A DNA stretch of 64,000 bases from Octopus bimaculoides (Eukaryota): assembly GCF_001194135.2 (NCBI RefSeq), contig NC_068986.1:63508810-63572809 (forward strand). Reading direction: 5' to 3'. A model generated the notes under the pieces. That model did no database searches. It saw nothing but the letters and a program-made list of their open reading frames with translations, and had not been told where the DNA came from. The translations under genes and the position numbers were made by a program. Positions 26,132 through 38,945 of the stretch are shown piece after piece; position 1 is the stretch's first letter, and each line of letters starts with the position of its first letter.

Positions 26132-26435
26132 TGTGTGTATGCATGCATGTGTATGTATGTGTGTATGTGCATGCATGTGTCCATGCCTGTGTGTGTGTAT
26201 GTGCATGCATGTGTCCATACCTGTGTGTGCATGTGTGCCTTCGTTTTGACACTGCATGATAGTTGTAAATAATTCAGTGTTATATATTCTGCAAGAACAT
26301 GCCTGACCATGGAAATGTATTACCTTACTTGGAAACAGATGAGGATTGGCAACAGGAAAGGCATCCAGCCATTGAAAATCTGCATCAATTAAACTCCATC
26401 TGACCATGCTAGCATGGAAAAGTGGATGCTAAAAG
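24790..26435 (+). mobile_element. tRNA-head SINE (CORE-like block, (GT)n, GGAAGGGCATC module, (TGA)n tail) split by a 1.09-kb insertion
   Basis: Head CAGGTGTGGCCATGTGGTAAGAAGTTGC at 24791-24818 resumes at 25912. Then CACCTTGGGCAAGTGTC, GGATTTGGTAGATGGAAACTGAAAGAAG, (GT)n, AGGAAAGGCATCCAGC and CCATGCTAGCATGGAAAAGTGG...GATGATG. Confidence 0.8.
24825..25911 (+). mobile_element. L1/Tx1-like element carrying only a gag-like ORF1 (CCHC zinc knuckle) plus 3' UTR, 5'-truncated, with 16-bp TSD
   Basis: The frame is open from 24826 (YLGGSRVKLLDVKILP...FPDFLKMAGCRYPLILEGRSPKCHLCLELGHIKKNC). One frameshift in an A-run at ~25157-25164 joins it to ORF 25173-25670. A T-rich UTR follows, ending in a TGCC-TTAT-GGCA hairpin and AATAAA. 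TSD AAGAAGTTGCTT(T/C)CCA at 24809-24824 and 25912-25927. Confidence 0.7.
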
Positions 26436-26732
26436 TGATGATGAAATGGTATGTTCCCTAATGTAAGGAAATCTTAGCATGTGTGAGTTGTAAGGAGACC
26501 CTACAGAAAAAAAAAATGACTTCTTAATGAGAATTTGGTCTATACAATAGTTCAAATGAAATTTCTTACACTCTCTTGGTGATGGATGTAGCATTGGTAG
26601 GCCTTTCAAAAATAGTTTTATAATTTGTTTCTTATGAAATTTAACTTCATAACAAAAGTAATTTAGATTACCTAGCAATAGCTGTTTGCTCCAGGTACCA
26701 ATAATAGTCATGATGGTTGTTGGTGTTACTGT

Positions 26733-26949
26733 TTAAACATTTAGCATTCATATTACTCTGTCTAATGTATTACTTTTGTTTTCAGTTAGTCATGCATTAT
26801 CTCATTGCTTCAAGATTTCAGTGATGTGATGGTATATCTTTAGAATGACATGGTAGAGTAAGTATGAGAGGCCAGATCTGGCCAATTATAACAAGAAAAA
26901 GGCAGAACATTTGGACCAGATATGGACTGGTTAAATGCTATAGGATTAG
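26733..26949. mobile_element. Second copy of the TTAA-ended MITE
   Basis: TTAAACATTTAGCATTCA...TTAAATGCTATAGGATTAG. Internal similarity to 12443-12630 (TTTAGAATGACAT.GTAG.GTA.GT.TGAGA). Confidence 0.6.
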
Positions 26950-27544
26950 GCCTATGCATGCCTTGATCATGTCAAAGGTGTTCTAGCCATGACCATCTCA
27001 TCTCTTTCCCTGGTATAATAAATATATTTTGAACTACATCCCAGATATTGTTCCTGCTGACATGACCAACATGCAGCTAAAATCCTTAGAGTTTTTACAA
27101 ATGCTATGCCTCACAGATTCTAATGATTTCTGACAGTGACTTCAAATATATACAGCAATGCCAAATCTACAGACTTGGTGTCTTCTTCAAAAACTGGAAA
27201 TTACTCCACATTTCATCAGTTGCTACCACTCTGTAAGACTCATAGTTGACTCATATTAGAGTAAAGCTTATATACATATCTGAAATGGGAATGCTATGAA
27301 TAAGAAACATCCATCAATATATTTACACGTTTATGTAGTCAGAAGCACGACTATTCTTATAAACATATATAAGTACACACACAACATACAGACATATTTA
27401 TATATAGTACATAGATGTCAATCCACATTGACATATACTCTCATATGTTCATTCACATAGTCTAATCTATATCTATATATATATATATATATTAGCAGAT
27501 GTCTGTGTATTTGTATGTCTGTGCATAATGCCAATGAGATAGTT

Positions 27545-27575
<31 letters not shown>

Positions 27576-27839
27576 GTGAAAGAAACAGACTAAAAGAGAG
27601 GGTGAGAGGGAATATGTGTAAGTCAGAGAAACACAGAATGAGAAAAAGCCAGAGAGAAGAGATAGTGGGAGAGAGAGAAAGCAAGTTTCTATAGAAGTTG
27701 AAAGAGAGAGAGATAGTGGGAGAGAGAGAGACACTGATGTTTAATACTGTATGTATGTTCTATAGATGAAGGTAAAAGAAAGCTGGCATAAAGAGAGGGG
27801 AAAAGCAGGAGAGAAAGAGACGCTGATGTTTGATAGTGT

Positions 27840-27878
<39 letters not shown>

Positions 27879-28039
27879 CACGCACATGCATGCATGTGTA
27901 CAGTGTTTCACAATTGCCATTTATTTCAATCACTTTTGTAAAGTGACTTTCACTCATTTTTCATTTAATCCCCCATCTTAATTTTCAAAAAAGTTTCCAA
28001 AAAAATGTTCTCACTCTCTACAAGAGGAGACGGGGTAAG

Positions 28040-30200
28040 TGTAGATGATCAGTATTTTATAGTGAAGCAAAAGTAGCCAGAGTAAGGCCACTAGAGACCC
28101 CTGCACAATGACAGCAAAGACATGAAAATGACTGAAGGAGAGCTGCTGTAGGGCCAATGAGTCACAAAGAGCACAGGAAAAACAATTAGAACAATTACAT
28201 CAACAAAATGCAATCTGCAGGAGCTTAGAGTCAAAAAATGGAAAGAGAAAAACGTTTAAAGGATGCAAGACAAAGATAAGCTGCTTTTAGATTACTGCTA
28301 AACCTGGTCACAAATGACAGTCCAGTTTGTAACATAATCAAAGGTTCAGATTCAACAGAAGTGTTGTGCCAATGCTACCTGATCATTTGGTATGAATGCT
28401 CCATTTCATATAGAGGTGCAATGGAAGCTCTTGATAAGACTTCACAAGACATAAGAGGCAACAATAAATCTATGGGAGGAGTTACATTTGTTTTATCATG
28501 AGACTTCAAACAGACATTACCAGTCATTCCGAGAGGAACAAGATCTGATGAAATAAAAGTATGCATTAAGTTTTCACACCTATGGAATAAAGTACAGAAA
28601 TTCTCCTTCAATACTAACACGTGAGCTTTATAACATGGGGACCAATGTGCAGGACAGTTTTCAACTTGGCTCCTCCAATTAGGAAATGGGAAAGTACCAT
28701 TTTATACGAATAGTGATATCAGTTTGGCTCATATCACTATCATAGTGAATTCCCCAGCTGAATTGAAAAACAAGTTATTTCCAGACTTAAGTAATAATTA
28801 TAATTCACATAAATGGTTGTGTGAAAGGGCAATTCTTGAACCAAAAATGAGACAATAGCAAAGATTAACATTGAATTAATGAATAAGATCCCAAATCATT
28901 AAGCAGAACAAATCAGTTGATTCAGTTCTTGATGAAAATCAAGCTGTCCATTACCCAACAGAATTCCTTATTTCTCTTGAGTACCTGGAACTCCACCACA
29001 TAAGCTTTTTCTGAAGGTAGGAGTCGCAATAATGCTTCTAAAGAAATTTAGATCCTCCTAAATTATGCAATGGGACAAGGTTGATTGTGAAGATATTATC
29101 ACCTAATGTAATAAAAGCTACCATCATCACTGGATGTGCCTCTGGGGAAGAGGTTTTCATTTCAAGAATTCCAATCAAACCAACAGACATGCCATTTGAG
29201 TTCAAGCAAACACAATTCCCAGTGTGACTTTACATCACAAGGTCAGACTTTGAAATCTACTGGCTTGCACTTAATTGAGCCTTGCTTTTCTCACAGTCAG
29301 TTTTATGTTGGTTGCTCCAGGGTTGGTAGTTTGCAAGACTTATTTGTTGTTGCTCCAAACCAGAAAACAAAGAAGTTGTTTACCCAGAAGCTCTTACATA
29401 GTTTCCTTCAACATATGTGATAGAATTTATCTCCCTTCATAAAAGTGAAAAATTTTGTATTTTCATTTTTATTATTATTATTATTATTGAGCGAGAGAGC
29501 AGTACATGCCATCAAAGTGACACTCGGGTAAAATATACGAAGTCCATTATACCCATCATGACTACCCATCTGATAACAGTACACCAGGCACATGCATCAC
29601 AGCCATATGTGCATGACATGGTGATCTCATATAAAGATAAACAGCACATGATCTCGCAGGTGGGGCCCAGTTAGAATTTTCTTCAAGTCAAGTAGCCCAT
29701 CCCTCTCAAAAGGTCCCTGAATAAGGTTTAAGAATATTGAGCAAAACACCCATGTTTCCAAAGGTGAATTATTCAAACCCCAAAGAATTCTTCCCAACAC
29801 ATGGCTATGATGCTCTCCCACTACTTCTGCTCATGATCAGAGATGCACATATCGTCAGCCACAAAAGGACATGCTCAACTGGTTAAGATCAAACAACTAA
29901 CAAGCAAATCTGTGGTATTAAGCAGAATATTTGCTGTACCAAGATAAAACAATGTACATGATAACACTTCCAATCAATTAAGATGAGAAGCCATGAAAAC
30001 CACTGCCTGGTACTGCATCTGGGCTATTATTATTATTATTATTATTATCTTTTTATGTATTATGAATTGCTTTCATCATGTATCCCAGTTGAAGAATAAA
30101 TTGAATTTAGAACAAATTTCTATACAACATATTTTGCTTTTTTTCTTCTAATATATAAGGGACAATTTCATCCCTGGGCAATGCCGGGTGCCTCTGCTAG
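28040..30200 (+). mobile_element. Helitron, internally deleted and decayed (N-terminal charged repeats + PIF1-type helicase C-half + canonical 3' end)
   Basis: LIIWYECSISYRGAMEALDKT..DIRGNNKSMGGVTFVLS*DFKQTLPVIPRGTRSDE; DPPKLCNGTRLIVK; RIPIKPTDMPFEFK; FSHSQFYVGCSRVG. 3' hairpin CCCTGGGCAATGCCGGG (30172-30188), then CTAG (30197-30200) followed by T. Confidence 0.9.
29489..30024 (-). mobile_element. 536-bp non-coding interspersed element flanked by (TAT)n on both sides, nested in the Helitron 3' region
   Basis: Reverse complement of the copy at 38423-38781. Both copies share the 5' end GCC..GATGCAGTACCA.GCAGTG. This copy ends ...CTCTCTCGCTC(AAT)n. Confidence 0.8.
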
Positions 30201-30861
30201 TATATATCTAAACATGCACATATGTGCGTGCGTGCGTGCATGCGTGTGTATTTGTAAGTATATTTGCATAGTTCTATTTCCCATAGAAGTATAGACATCC
30301 AGCTGACTGGTAGCAAGCTATTCATAGATAATCAGACAGTTTTTCATTTTGCTATATCTGTTCATTACAAAAATTGCAGAATCAATGCTTCTTTCTATTT
30401 CTTTTATTTGTCTCTTCCTTTCCCATTATTTTCATCTTACTTTAAACCTCCACATTGCAGAATATTGCCCCAATTGTCCCAACAGGGCTGATATTTTAGC
30501 TCTGGTTTTATAGAGTTAAGTGAATTAAAAGTTAAATGTCCCTCTTGACTAGATATTAGTTATTTATGGTAACACAGCTAAAAATTATTGTAACACTTCT
30601 TAACAACTTAATGAAGTGGACTGAGATTTGTTTAATCAAATCTGCTGCTACATTTCCCAATAAAATTCGAGCAAAGTAGCAAAACACATGATTTAATTTA
30701 TTACAATGTAAAAGCTTTCACTAACACAAAAAAGCTGTTAAGGTGCATCGTTCTCTATTTTACTGTTATTATTTAATCTGAAAACAGAACGGTGTATTGG
30801 TAGATCCATTTAAACATTGGACAAAATATCATCAGTATTTGTTCCAGCTCTTTATATTCAG

Positions 30862-31010
30862 ATTTCAAATCCCACCAAAAGTCAACTTTGCCATTTTATC
30901 CCTTTGGGATAATGATATAGGGTACCTGTCAAGTACAGGAGTTGATATAATTGACTGTTCCCTCTCCATCCAAATTTCTAGCCTTGAACCTATGTTAGAA
31001 ACCATTACTT
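30862..31010 (+). mobile_element. Partial Nin/Deu-like SINE
   Basis: TTCAAATCCCACCAAAAGTCAACTTTGCCATTTTATCCCTTTGGGATAATGA...AGCCTTGAACCTATGTTAGAAACCATTA. Confidence 0.6.
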
Positions 31011-31555
31011 AGTGTGAAAAGAGGGGCCAAACCTATATTCCTTGCAGGCTGTTCTACACTTGTGAAGTAGGTGTTGTGTCTAAATTCCTGAAGATCAATG
31101 AGTTTAGGGAGTTTCACTGCATTCCAGAGAGTTAATGTAGGTTAAAAGAAACATTGACCTCAACAGAATTTGAACTCAAAACATCAACATAAAAGGAAAA
31201 ACTTCAAGCAGTTAAACATTTAACCAATAACATACTTTTTAAATCATTCTACTATCCTGATATCACCCTCTAATAGCAAGATACTAATTTCCATCACACT
31301 GTCATTATTATTTCCATGGGTAGTTTAATTAAACTGGTGGGTAACTTCAGAAAATGTTCTGTTGCTAATAATTATATACATAAAGCCAACTATCTGAATA
31401 CTCCTAGAACTTAGAAAATGCAAAACCATATTGAGCAGGGCCATCTACCTGACTTTGGTTTTTGCTAGGTTAACTCTAAAGCCCTTTGATTCTAGACCTT
31501 GCTTCCATACCTGGAACTTTTTCTTTAGTTCAGGTCGTGATTCAGCTATAAGAGC

Positions 31556-32470
31556 ACGGTCACCAGCATAGAAAAGCTCTCAGAGACAACTTGTCTTGAA
31601 TTCCTCTGTTATTGCCTGGAGGATTAGGATGAACAAGAGGGGGCTGAGCACCGATCCTTGGTGAATCCCCTACTTGTACCTTGAATTCTTCACTGTACTC
31701 ATTGCCCACCCTCACCTTACTGGTAGCATCCCTGTACAAGGCTTGTACAGCTCTCACTAACCACTGGTCTATCCCCAGTTTCTGCATTGACCACTAGATA
31801 AGGGATCAGGGCACTCTGTCAAAAGCTTTCTCCAAGTCAACAAAAGCCAAGTGCAGAGGTTTATCTTTGGCCAGGTATTTCTCCTGCAGTTGCCTTACCA
31901 GAAATATAGCATCAGTGGTGCTTTTACCTGGCACAAATCCAAACTGCATCTCATCTCATCCCTAAATAGCTGGGCTATGACTCTCTCTGCAACTTTCATC
32001 ACCTGATCCAACAATTTGATACACCTGTAATTATTTCTATCTAAGGCATCACCTTTACCTTTGTAGCAGTTGACTATGGTGCTGCCACACCACACCAGTC
32101 ATTGAGTATGACTCCTTCATGAACCACCTGATTTACAATACAGGTGACAGGACCCTAACTTACACCACCAGATACTTTAAGCATCTCAGCGGTGATTCTT
32201 GATGGGTCGGGGGCTTTCCCTGTCTTCATACCCTTATGCTTTATCTATCAGGGTACTATCGACTTGGGTAGCTGGTCCCTCAATTGGGTCAACATTTGGC
32301 AAACTCTCCTCCTCACATGCATTCTCTATGTTCAGCAGTCTTTCATAATGGCACCTCCAAGCCTCTTTCTCTGCAGACTCATTAAAAGCAAATGCACCAT
32401 CATCCATGCCGACACATTTCTCTCCTATGACATCAAAATTTTCTCTCACACACTGTGTTGCAATCTGAAA
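31556..32470 (-). mobile_element. RTE-clade LINE reverse transcriptase fragment (best preserved copy)
   Basis: WRCHYERLLNIENACEEESLPNVDPIEGP; NCYKGKGDALDRNNYRCIKLLDQVMKV; FVPGKSTTDAIFLVRQLQEKYLAKDKPLHLAFVDLEKAFD; MQKLGIDQWLVRAVQALYRD. Confidence 0.9.
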
Positions 32471-32970
32471 TACTTCAGTGGTATCAAAAAGCTCCTGGAC
32501 TAGTTATGTTTAATAAAAAATAACTTATTTACCTAAGTTTTAATGCCATCTCCTTTGAAACAGTCACCTTGCACAGCTATACACTGATCTCAGCATACCT
32601 GTTACTTTTGGAATCCAGCCTGAAAATTGTTTTCTGTAAGTGAGTTCAGGACCTTCCATGATTTGCTCTGGATCTTGCCTCATCACCATAAGCTCGCTAA
32701 AGCATGCTCAATGTCTCTAGCAAACTTCTCAAGTTTAAGGCAAAATTTCACATAGGCTCTTTGTTCTAACTTCCTGTCCATAACAAAATCACAGACTACA
32801 TGGTATCACAAAAACACGAATTTCCCAACTTGTGAAGTAAATACTGTGATATCACTCAGCACACCACCTCATGAAGGCCACTGCTAGCTTGCACTGCACA
32901 CACAACCATGTGCTTCCATCTGTTGGTATGCTACAGAACTAGTCCAGGAAATTTTTGATACCACCCCGTA
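32471..32970 (-). mobile_element. Mariner-type deletion derivative (~500 bp) with ~30-bp TIRs
   Basis: Left end TACTTCAGTGGTATCAAAAAGCTCCTGGACTAGTT and right end AACTAGTCCAGGAAATTTTTGATACCACCCCGTA. Internal transposase C-terminal remnant EIQSKSWKVLNSLTENNFQAGFQK*..DQCIAVQGDCFKGD. Confidence 0.85.
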
Positions 32971-32974
32971 TTTT

Positions 32975-33600
32975 TTTATAGATTTACTCTGGAAGTGGTT
33001 ATGGCTCTGCACTTTGCAGGATCCCAAGACTGATGAGATCAATACAGTTAATGTTCCTCCTGAACAGTTGCCAGTTAACAGGTGCAAGAGGAAAATTCCC
33101 GAAGGCTGAAATCTTGGGAGGAAGGATTGGATGTAGAGGTTAGTATAGGGCTGAAGAGTGGGGTATATACTCAATATGGGTGGCAAGAGATGGAAAGATG
33201 ATTATAGAGTCAAGAATGCCTAAGAACAGACATAAGACTAGCCAGCCCAGGGAAACAGAAGTCACTTTAGTTACTGTAGCAAAAGACAGGGAGAAGAGAT
33301 AGCACATCAATGGACTAGGGCTGGAATGTGCTTGGGACTGACTTCATATTAATTATTTAAGTGGCCTTTCTTTGAATGTGGTCTAGGATACCTGTGCATG
33401 TGACAGCAGCAGCATCCCTGATGGAAATGCAGTCCTGTATTGTGGGTTTCACCTGGGTCTTGTAGTTTGGGCAAATAGTTGTGGGAGCTGAAGCATTTTG
33501 TGTCTGTGAAGAGGAAGACCAGTATTTGTGATGCAGAGTTTGTTATGCCAAAGAGTCCTCTGTGATGGTGCTTTTCATGTTTGGAAATGAGGATTCATTG
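32975..33600 (-). mobile_element. Possible decayed I/Jockey-like LINE fragment
   Basis: Only a weak PVNWQLFRRNIN motif (ANW..F-like) and coding-like composition. Confidence 0.3.
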
Positions 33601-33667
33601 TATGCATACACCTGCATGTCCACTAGCCTGTAGAATTAGAAGTACTGAAAACATTGATTCAATTTTA

Positions 33668-34090
33668 GGTCTCCCAACCATATGATCTCAGGTCCAGTTC
33701 CACTGCATGGCACCTTGGGCAAGTCTTCTACTAAAGCCCCAGGCCAACGAAATCCTTGTGAGCAGATTTGATAAATAGAAAACAAAAGATTATTGTATAT
33801 GTGTGTGTAAGGAAGCATGTGTGTGTGTGTGTTGGTGTGCAATCACATATGTATTACAGTCTCCTTACCTTGACTTCATGTGTTAGTAGTAAGCAAATGT
33901 CACCATCATGCAAATGGTGTCCTTCATTTCCAGTCTTCTATGAACTGTGTTTGGTCACGTGGAATATTACCTGACTTGGAAACAGATGAGGGTTGGTGAC
34001 AGGAAGGGCATCCAGCTATAGAAAATCTGCTTCGACAAATTCCATTTGATCCATGCAAGCATGAAAAGTGGGCATAAAATGATGATGATT
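33668..34090 (+). mobile_element. SINE of the same family as 24790-26435
   Basis: TCCCAACCATATG...GGCACCTTGGGCAAGTC, (GT)n, GGTTGGTGACAGGAAGGGCATCCAGC, CCATGCAAGCATGAAAAGTGGGC, (TGA)n. Confidence 0.8.
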
Positions 34091-34716
34091 GGCGGCGGCG
34101 GCGGCAGCGACGATGATGATGATTAATAAGAATATGTATGGCTGTAGGAAGAAAACTGGAACACCAATAACCGACAAAACATTCTTATGTATTCTAGTAG
34201 TGAATAAAACAATAAATGTCTCTACTAAAAGACAATCGATACAATCGACATCATGTATAACTAAGACCTGAAAGGGGTAAATACATCTCTTGCTTTCTTG
34301 GCTCTCTCATTCATAACTACCTTTGATTACTGATGCAAGAGTTAATCATTTGGTTCTTGCAATGTAGTATAGCTTGATTCTGTTTGCCTCATCTTGATTT
34401 TCTCAGAAATAAAATTATAAATAATAATAAATGAATAATCTATAAATAAATAAATAAATGAATAACTAAATAAAACTATGTTCTATTCATATCAATCTGG
34501 TTACAATATCAGTAGAAGATTCTATGTTCTGTGCAGTTAGTTAGGATATTTGACCAATCCTAAACTATTTCATAGATTTCTTCACAATGGAAAGTAATTG
34601 ATCTGCCATGATCACAGGTCTTTCCTTTGCAAATACATATACACAAGCACAGGCACACAAATGCTCATGTACATAGGCATCTACAAATATGCATTCTCAT
34701 ATTCACGCACACACCA

Positions 34717-34750
<34 letters not shown>

Positions 34751-35378
34751 AATACTGAACGTATATACACATACATACGCATGTATGCATATACCTGCAT
34801 TGTGTCACACATGTATCTCAATTCTTTAGCTGGTTTCAGGCATTGTAATTATGTAGGTCATGTATAAACACACATACACACGTATATATCATATATGTAC
34901 ACACACTCACATATATGTGCATGTGTGTGCACATGTATGTTCGTGTATGTGTGAGTCAGTATTTAGTTATAAAAAACAGTTATAAAAAAATGCAAAGAAG
35001 GTTTTTTGATTATTATTCACAGTCAATAAATAAGCCAGTAACATTTGTTTTATACATTCTTCCTCTACATAGCATTAATATGTTCTAATGAACAGAGGCT
35101 GTAGACATGTTTTATATTTTGAGCTAAATATTAGACAATACCCGATAGAAATCTCTCTAAGGGTGCCCCAATCTATATATCTTCCTATTTTCCATTTTTG
35201 CTCTTCTTTTTCACTCATTCAATCTTGCATATCTGTACAAGCAAGCACACTGTTATATGTATATGTATTATCTCATACTAGTGTTAGATATGCATACTTT
35301 CGTGCATACAGTTAAACAAAAAATGAGAAACACTTGCAATGCTATTGATATTAATCTCATTTTTATGAACTTTACTTT

Positions 35379-35955
35379 TCATTTTAGTGTACTTAAGTTT
35401 GTCAAATCTTTAATACCTCTCAAAACCACAGCTCTCCACACTGCCCTGTCTGCCACAAGTGATTCAAGACATTTGTAACATAATTTAAAACATTTCATAT
35501 TTAATTTTAAAGGGTCTTTGTATCTTTTCTTTGACTTACTATTTTTTCTCTTTCCCGGCATAAGTTCATCATTCACACAGATGAGAAGGCTTGTCCATCA
35601 TAGTTGATCCCTCATAAGTATGGTTTGGACTTATGTGACTCTAGCTTCAGCAAGAACTTTAGTGTCAAAAATAAGTAGGGACCAACTTATTCTGAATTTG
35701 TGGCAGAGGCATTTCTGATGAAATCTCTCCAACATTTTCACATGATGCATGTAAATTGTCCATGTTTCAGAAGAATACAACAGTGCACAAAGAACAAATA
35801 AGACATATACTATGGTCTTGATGTTAGTTTTGATATGGCACTATGACCAGACTTTAGATACTAGGCTGCCAAAGGCTTTTGCTGCCTTTTGAATACAAGA
35901 AGTGATTTCCACATCTACATTTCCATTAACATGTACTATGCTCCCCAGGTGTTCA
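35379..35955 (-). mobile_element. BovB-like RTE LINE, 3' end of ORF
   Basis: ELMPGKRKNSKSKKRYKDPLKLNMK...LESLVADRAVWRAVVLRG; YLGSIVH..GNVDVEITS.IQKAAKAFG. Confidence 0.75.
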
Positions 35956-36000
35956 AAACAATATATGTGTGCATGTGTGTGTATATACATGTAATGTGGT

Positions 36001-36457
36001 GTACACAATTGAAGCAGTATTAATTTAAAGTAGCCATGTGTGTATCATACTTGATGTACATACACTGTTGACAGGCAAGTGACTGCAATTTTCATCTGAG
36101 ATAAATCTCTTATAGACATGCTGTGTTTAAAAATTCAGAGTAAACTGGAGAGAGAGATGAAAGATTATTTTTGGAGCAGCTAGTGGGAACACCAGATACA
36201 TTTTAGCTTTTGGAGGCTTTGTCAAGGTTGTATACTCGTAACCAGATACATGTCAACATGCAATTTGTTACCTCTGATGGAGCAAACAGTGATTAATACA
36301 TTGTGAGTAGCCACAAGGCTAAATAAATAATCTAGTGTATACAATTGAAGCAGTATTAAATCAAGATAGCCATTGATGTATCATATTTAATGTATATATA
36401 TGCTGTTGACAGACAAGCTGCTGAAATAAAATCTCTTATGGACATGCTGTGTTTAAA
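36001..36457. repeat. Pair of ~125-bp direct repeats (36001-36131 and 36337-36457)
   Basis: Both read GTA(C/T)ACAATTGAAGCAGTATTAA...TAGCCAT...GTATCATA...CTGTTGACAG.CAAG...AAATCTCTTAT.GACATGCTGTGTTTAAA. Confidence 0.8.
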
Positions 36458-37914
36458 TACACATTACTATATATATCACTATATTGAAGGTGACAAATCT
36501 CATCTAGGTATGTGGTTTGCTGTGAGTATACATCATTGATAAGGCTCAAAAAGGTTGAAATGCATTTGATGCTGTGGGATGATTTTTGTCTCCCTCCGCT
36601 TTACACATCTCACTACCATGTAGCATTACTTGAGATGTGTATACCCATATACAAACACAAACATGTAAATATATACTCATACACATGTACACACACTCAC
36701 AGTTTCAATCCTTATTTTTGTACAACAGCCATAAGACCTGCAAACTGGATAAGTCCTTATAATGTATTTTATAAATAATGGTATACCTACTCTATTAATC
36801 TATATATGAGTGCATGTTCCTTCTGCCTCATGGATTTTTAAACAAATACATATATATATTCACACACAGCGCATGATTACATACATGCATGCATATACAT
36901 ATATATTATATAATACACACACACACAGAAATATATATATATCATTTTTAACCACAGTACTCAAAATAGATAAGTCCATAAATAATAGTGTGTTGAATAT
37001 TGGGGTTAAAAAACATTTTGGATGGGAAAAGTCAAGGTTGCTGATGTCCTAAAAAAAGACTTCAACATTTTCCATCCATAGAGTTTTTTAACTCAATACT
37101 CTACATGCAATTTTTTATAGCTTTATCTACTTTGAGATCCATTATTAAAAATGATTTATTTCATATCTCTCAAAGTTTCTAAATTCTTATGATATGTATG
37201 CGTGTGATAAGGAGAGTGAGCTGTTTGCCAAATTTGGATATGTATGTGACTGAATAGTCAGAAAACATGTTTTACAGGTTGAGTATTTCTTGGATGTCAG
37301 TCACTCATCTATGAAATGATAGAGCTATCTTTTTTTTTCTTCAGTAAATGTTGGTGAAATGCTGTTTGTAATACATTGTAAATTTATGATTGCTATGCCA
37401 TTAGTCTAGTGTCTTAGCCATTCTACCACTTTAGCTCTTTTGTGATTATATACTCCAGTGATTGCTTCACATTCTCATTGTAATAATTTTAGAATGCTTT
37501 TCCATCTAAAGTTAATCTTTTCACACATAACATTTCAACAACGAGCAATAACAGAGTCACCTTTTATACTCAACATTCTGTTTTCTTTTTAAATAACAAA
37601 CATTTCTATTTTCCCATTTCACATTTTCACTATCAAAATTGCATATTTTAAAAAATTATTTTGCTTATTACATTTCAATATTTGCATCTCTGTTACATGT
37701 AATAAATTCATATATTACAGTTTACTAATTCATTAATTTCACGCATTGTCTTTCCTAATAACAAGCACATAAGCAGCTGTCCGGATGGTTAAGCTCTCTT
37801 AAGGTATCCGTTTACAATATCTTCATTCCTCTTGCAATTAATAATAATGATAATGATAATAACAATAATGATAATAATAATAATGATGATGATGATGATA
37901 ATAATAATAACAAT

Positions 37915-38945
37915 AATCCTTTCTACTATAGGTACAAAGCCTGAAATTTGGGGAGGAGGATAGTTGATTACATCAACCCCAGTACTCAAGTGGTTTTTAT
38001 TTTATTGACCATGAGTAGATGAAAGGCAAAGTCAACCTCGGTGGAATTTGAACTCAGAACATGATGACAGACAAAATGCAGCTAAGCATTTCACTCAGCG
38101 TGCTAACAATTCTGCCAGCTTGCCACCTTAATAATAATAATAATAATAATAATAATCATAATGATGATGATGATGATGATTTCAAATTTTGGCACATGGC
38201 TAGCAACTTCAGGGTAGGGGTAAGTCGATTGCAATGACCCCAATACTCAACTGTTACTTATTTCATCAACCTCAAAAGGATGAAAGGCAAAGTTGACCTC
38301 AGCAGAATTTGAACTTAGAACATAACGATGCACAAAATACTGCTAAGCATTTTACCCAGCATGCTAACAATTCTACCTGCTTGCTGCCTTAACAATAATA
38401 ATAATAATAATAATAATAATATGCCATGATGCAGTACCAAGCAGTGACTCTCATGACTTTTGATCGTAACTGATTGGAAGTTTTATCATGTACATTGTTT
38501 TGTCTTGGTATAAAAGATGGGCTACAGCAAATATTCTGCTCAATACCACAGATTTGCTTGTCAGTTGCTTGGCCTTAAACAGTTGAGCATATCCCTTAAT
38601 GGTTGACAATATGTACATCTCTGATCACGAGCAGAAGTAGTCGGGGATCATCATAGCCACGTGTTGAGAGGAATTCTTTGGGGTTTACATAATTCACCTT
38701 TGGAAACATGGGTTTGTTCATCATCCTTAAACAAACCTTATTCAGGGACCTTTTGAGCGGGATGGGCTACTCGACCTGAAGTCAATTACACCAACCCCAG
38801 TGCTCAACTGGTACTTATTTTATTAACTACAAAAGGATGAAAGGTAAAGTTGACCTCAGCAGAGTTTGAACTCTAAATGTAAACAGATAAAATATCACTA
38901 TGCATCTTGCCTGACATGCTAACAATTCTGCCAGCTAGCTGCCAT
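37915..38945 (-). mobile_element. Second array of co-oriented Nin/Deu-like SINEs in (AAT)n tracts
   Basis: Copies at about 37915-38130, 38180-38392 and 38790-38945, each bordered by (AAT)n or (GAT)n. Confidence 0.8.
38423..38781 (+). mobile_element. 5' two-thirds of the (AAT)n-associated 536-bp element
   Basis: Collinear with the reverse complement of 29670-30024. Starts right after (AAT)n and is cut at its 3' side by a SINE. Confidence 0.8.
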
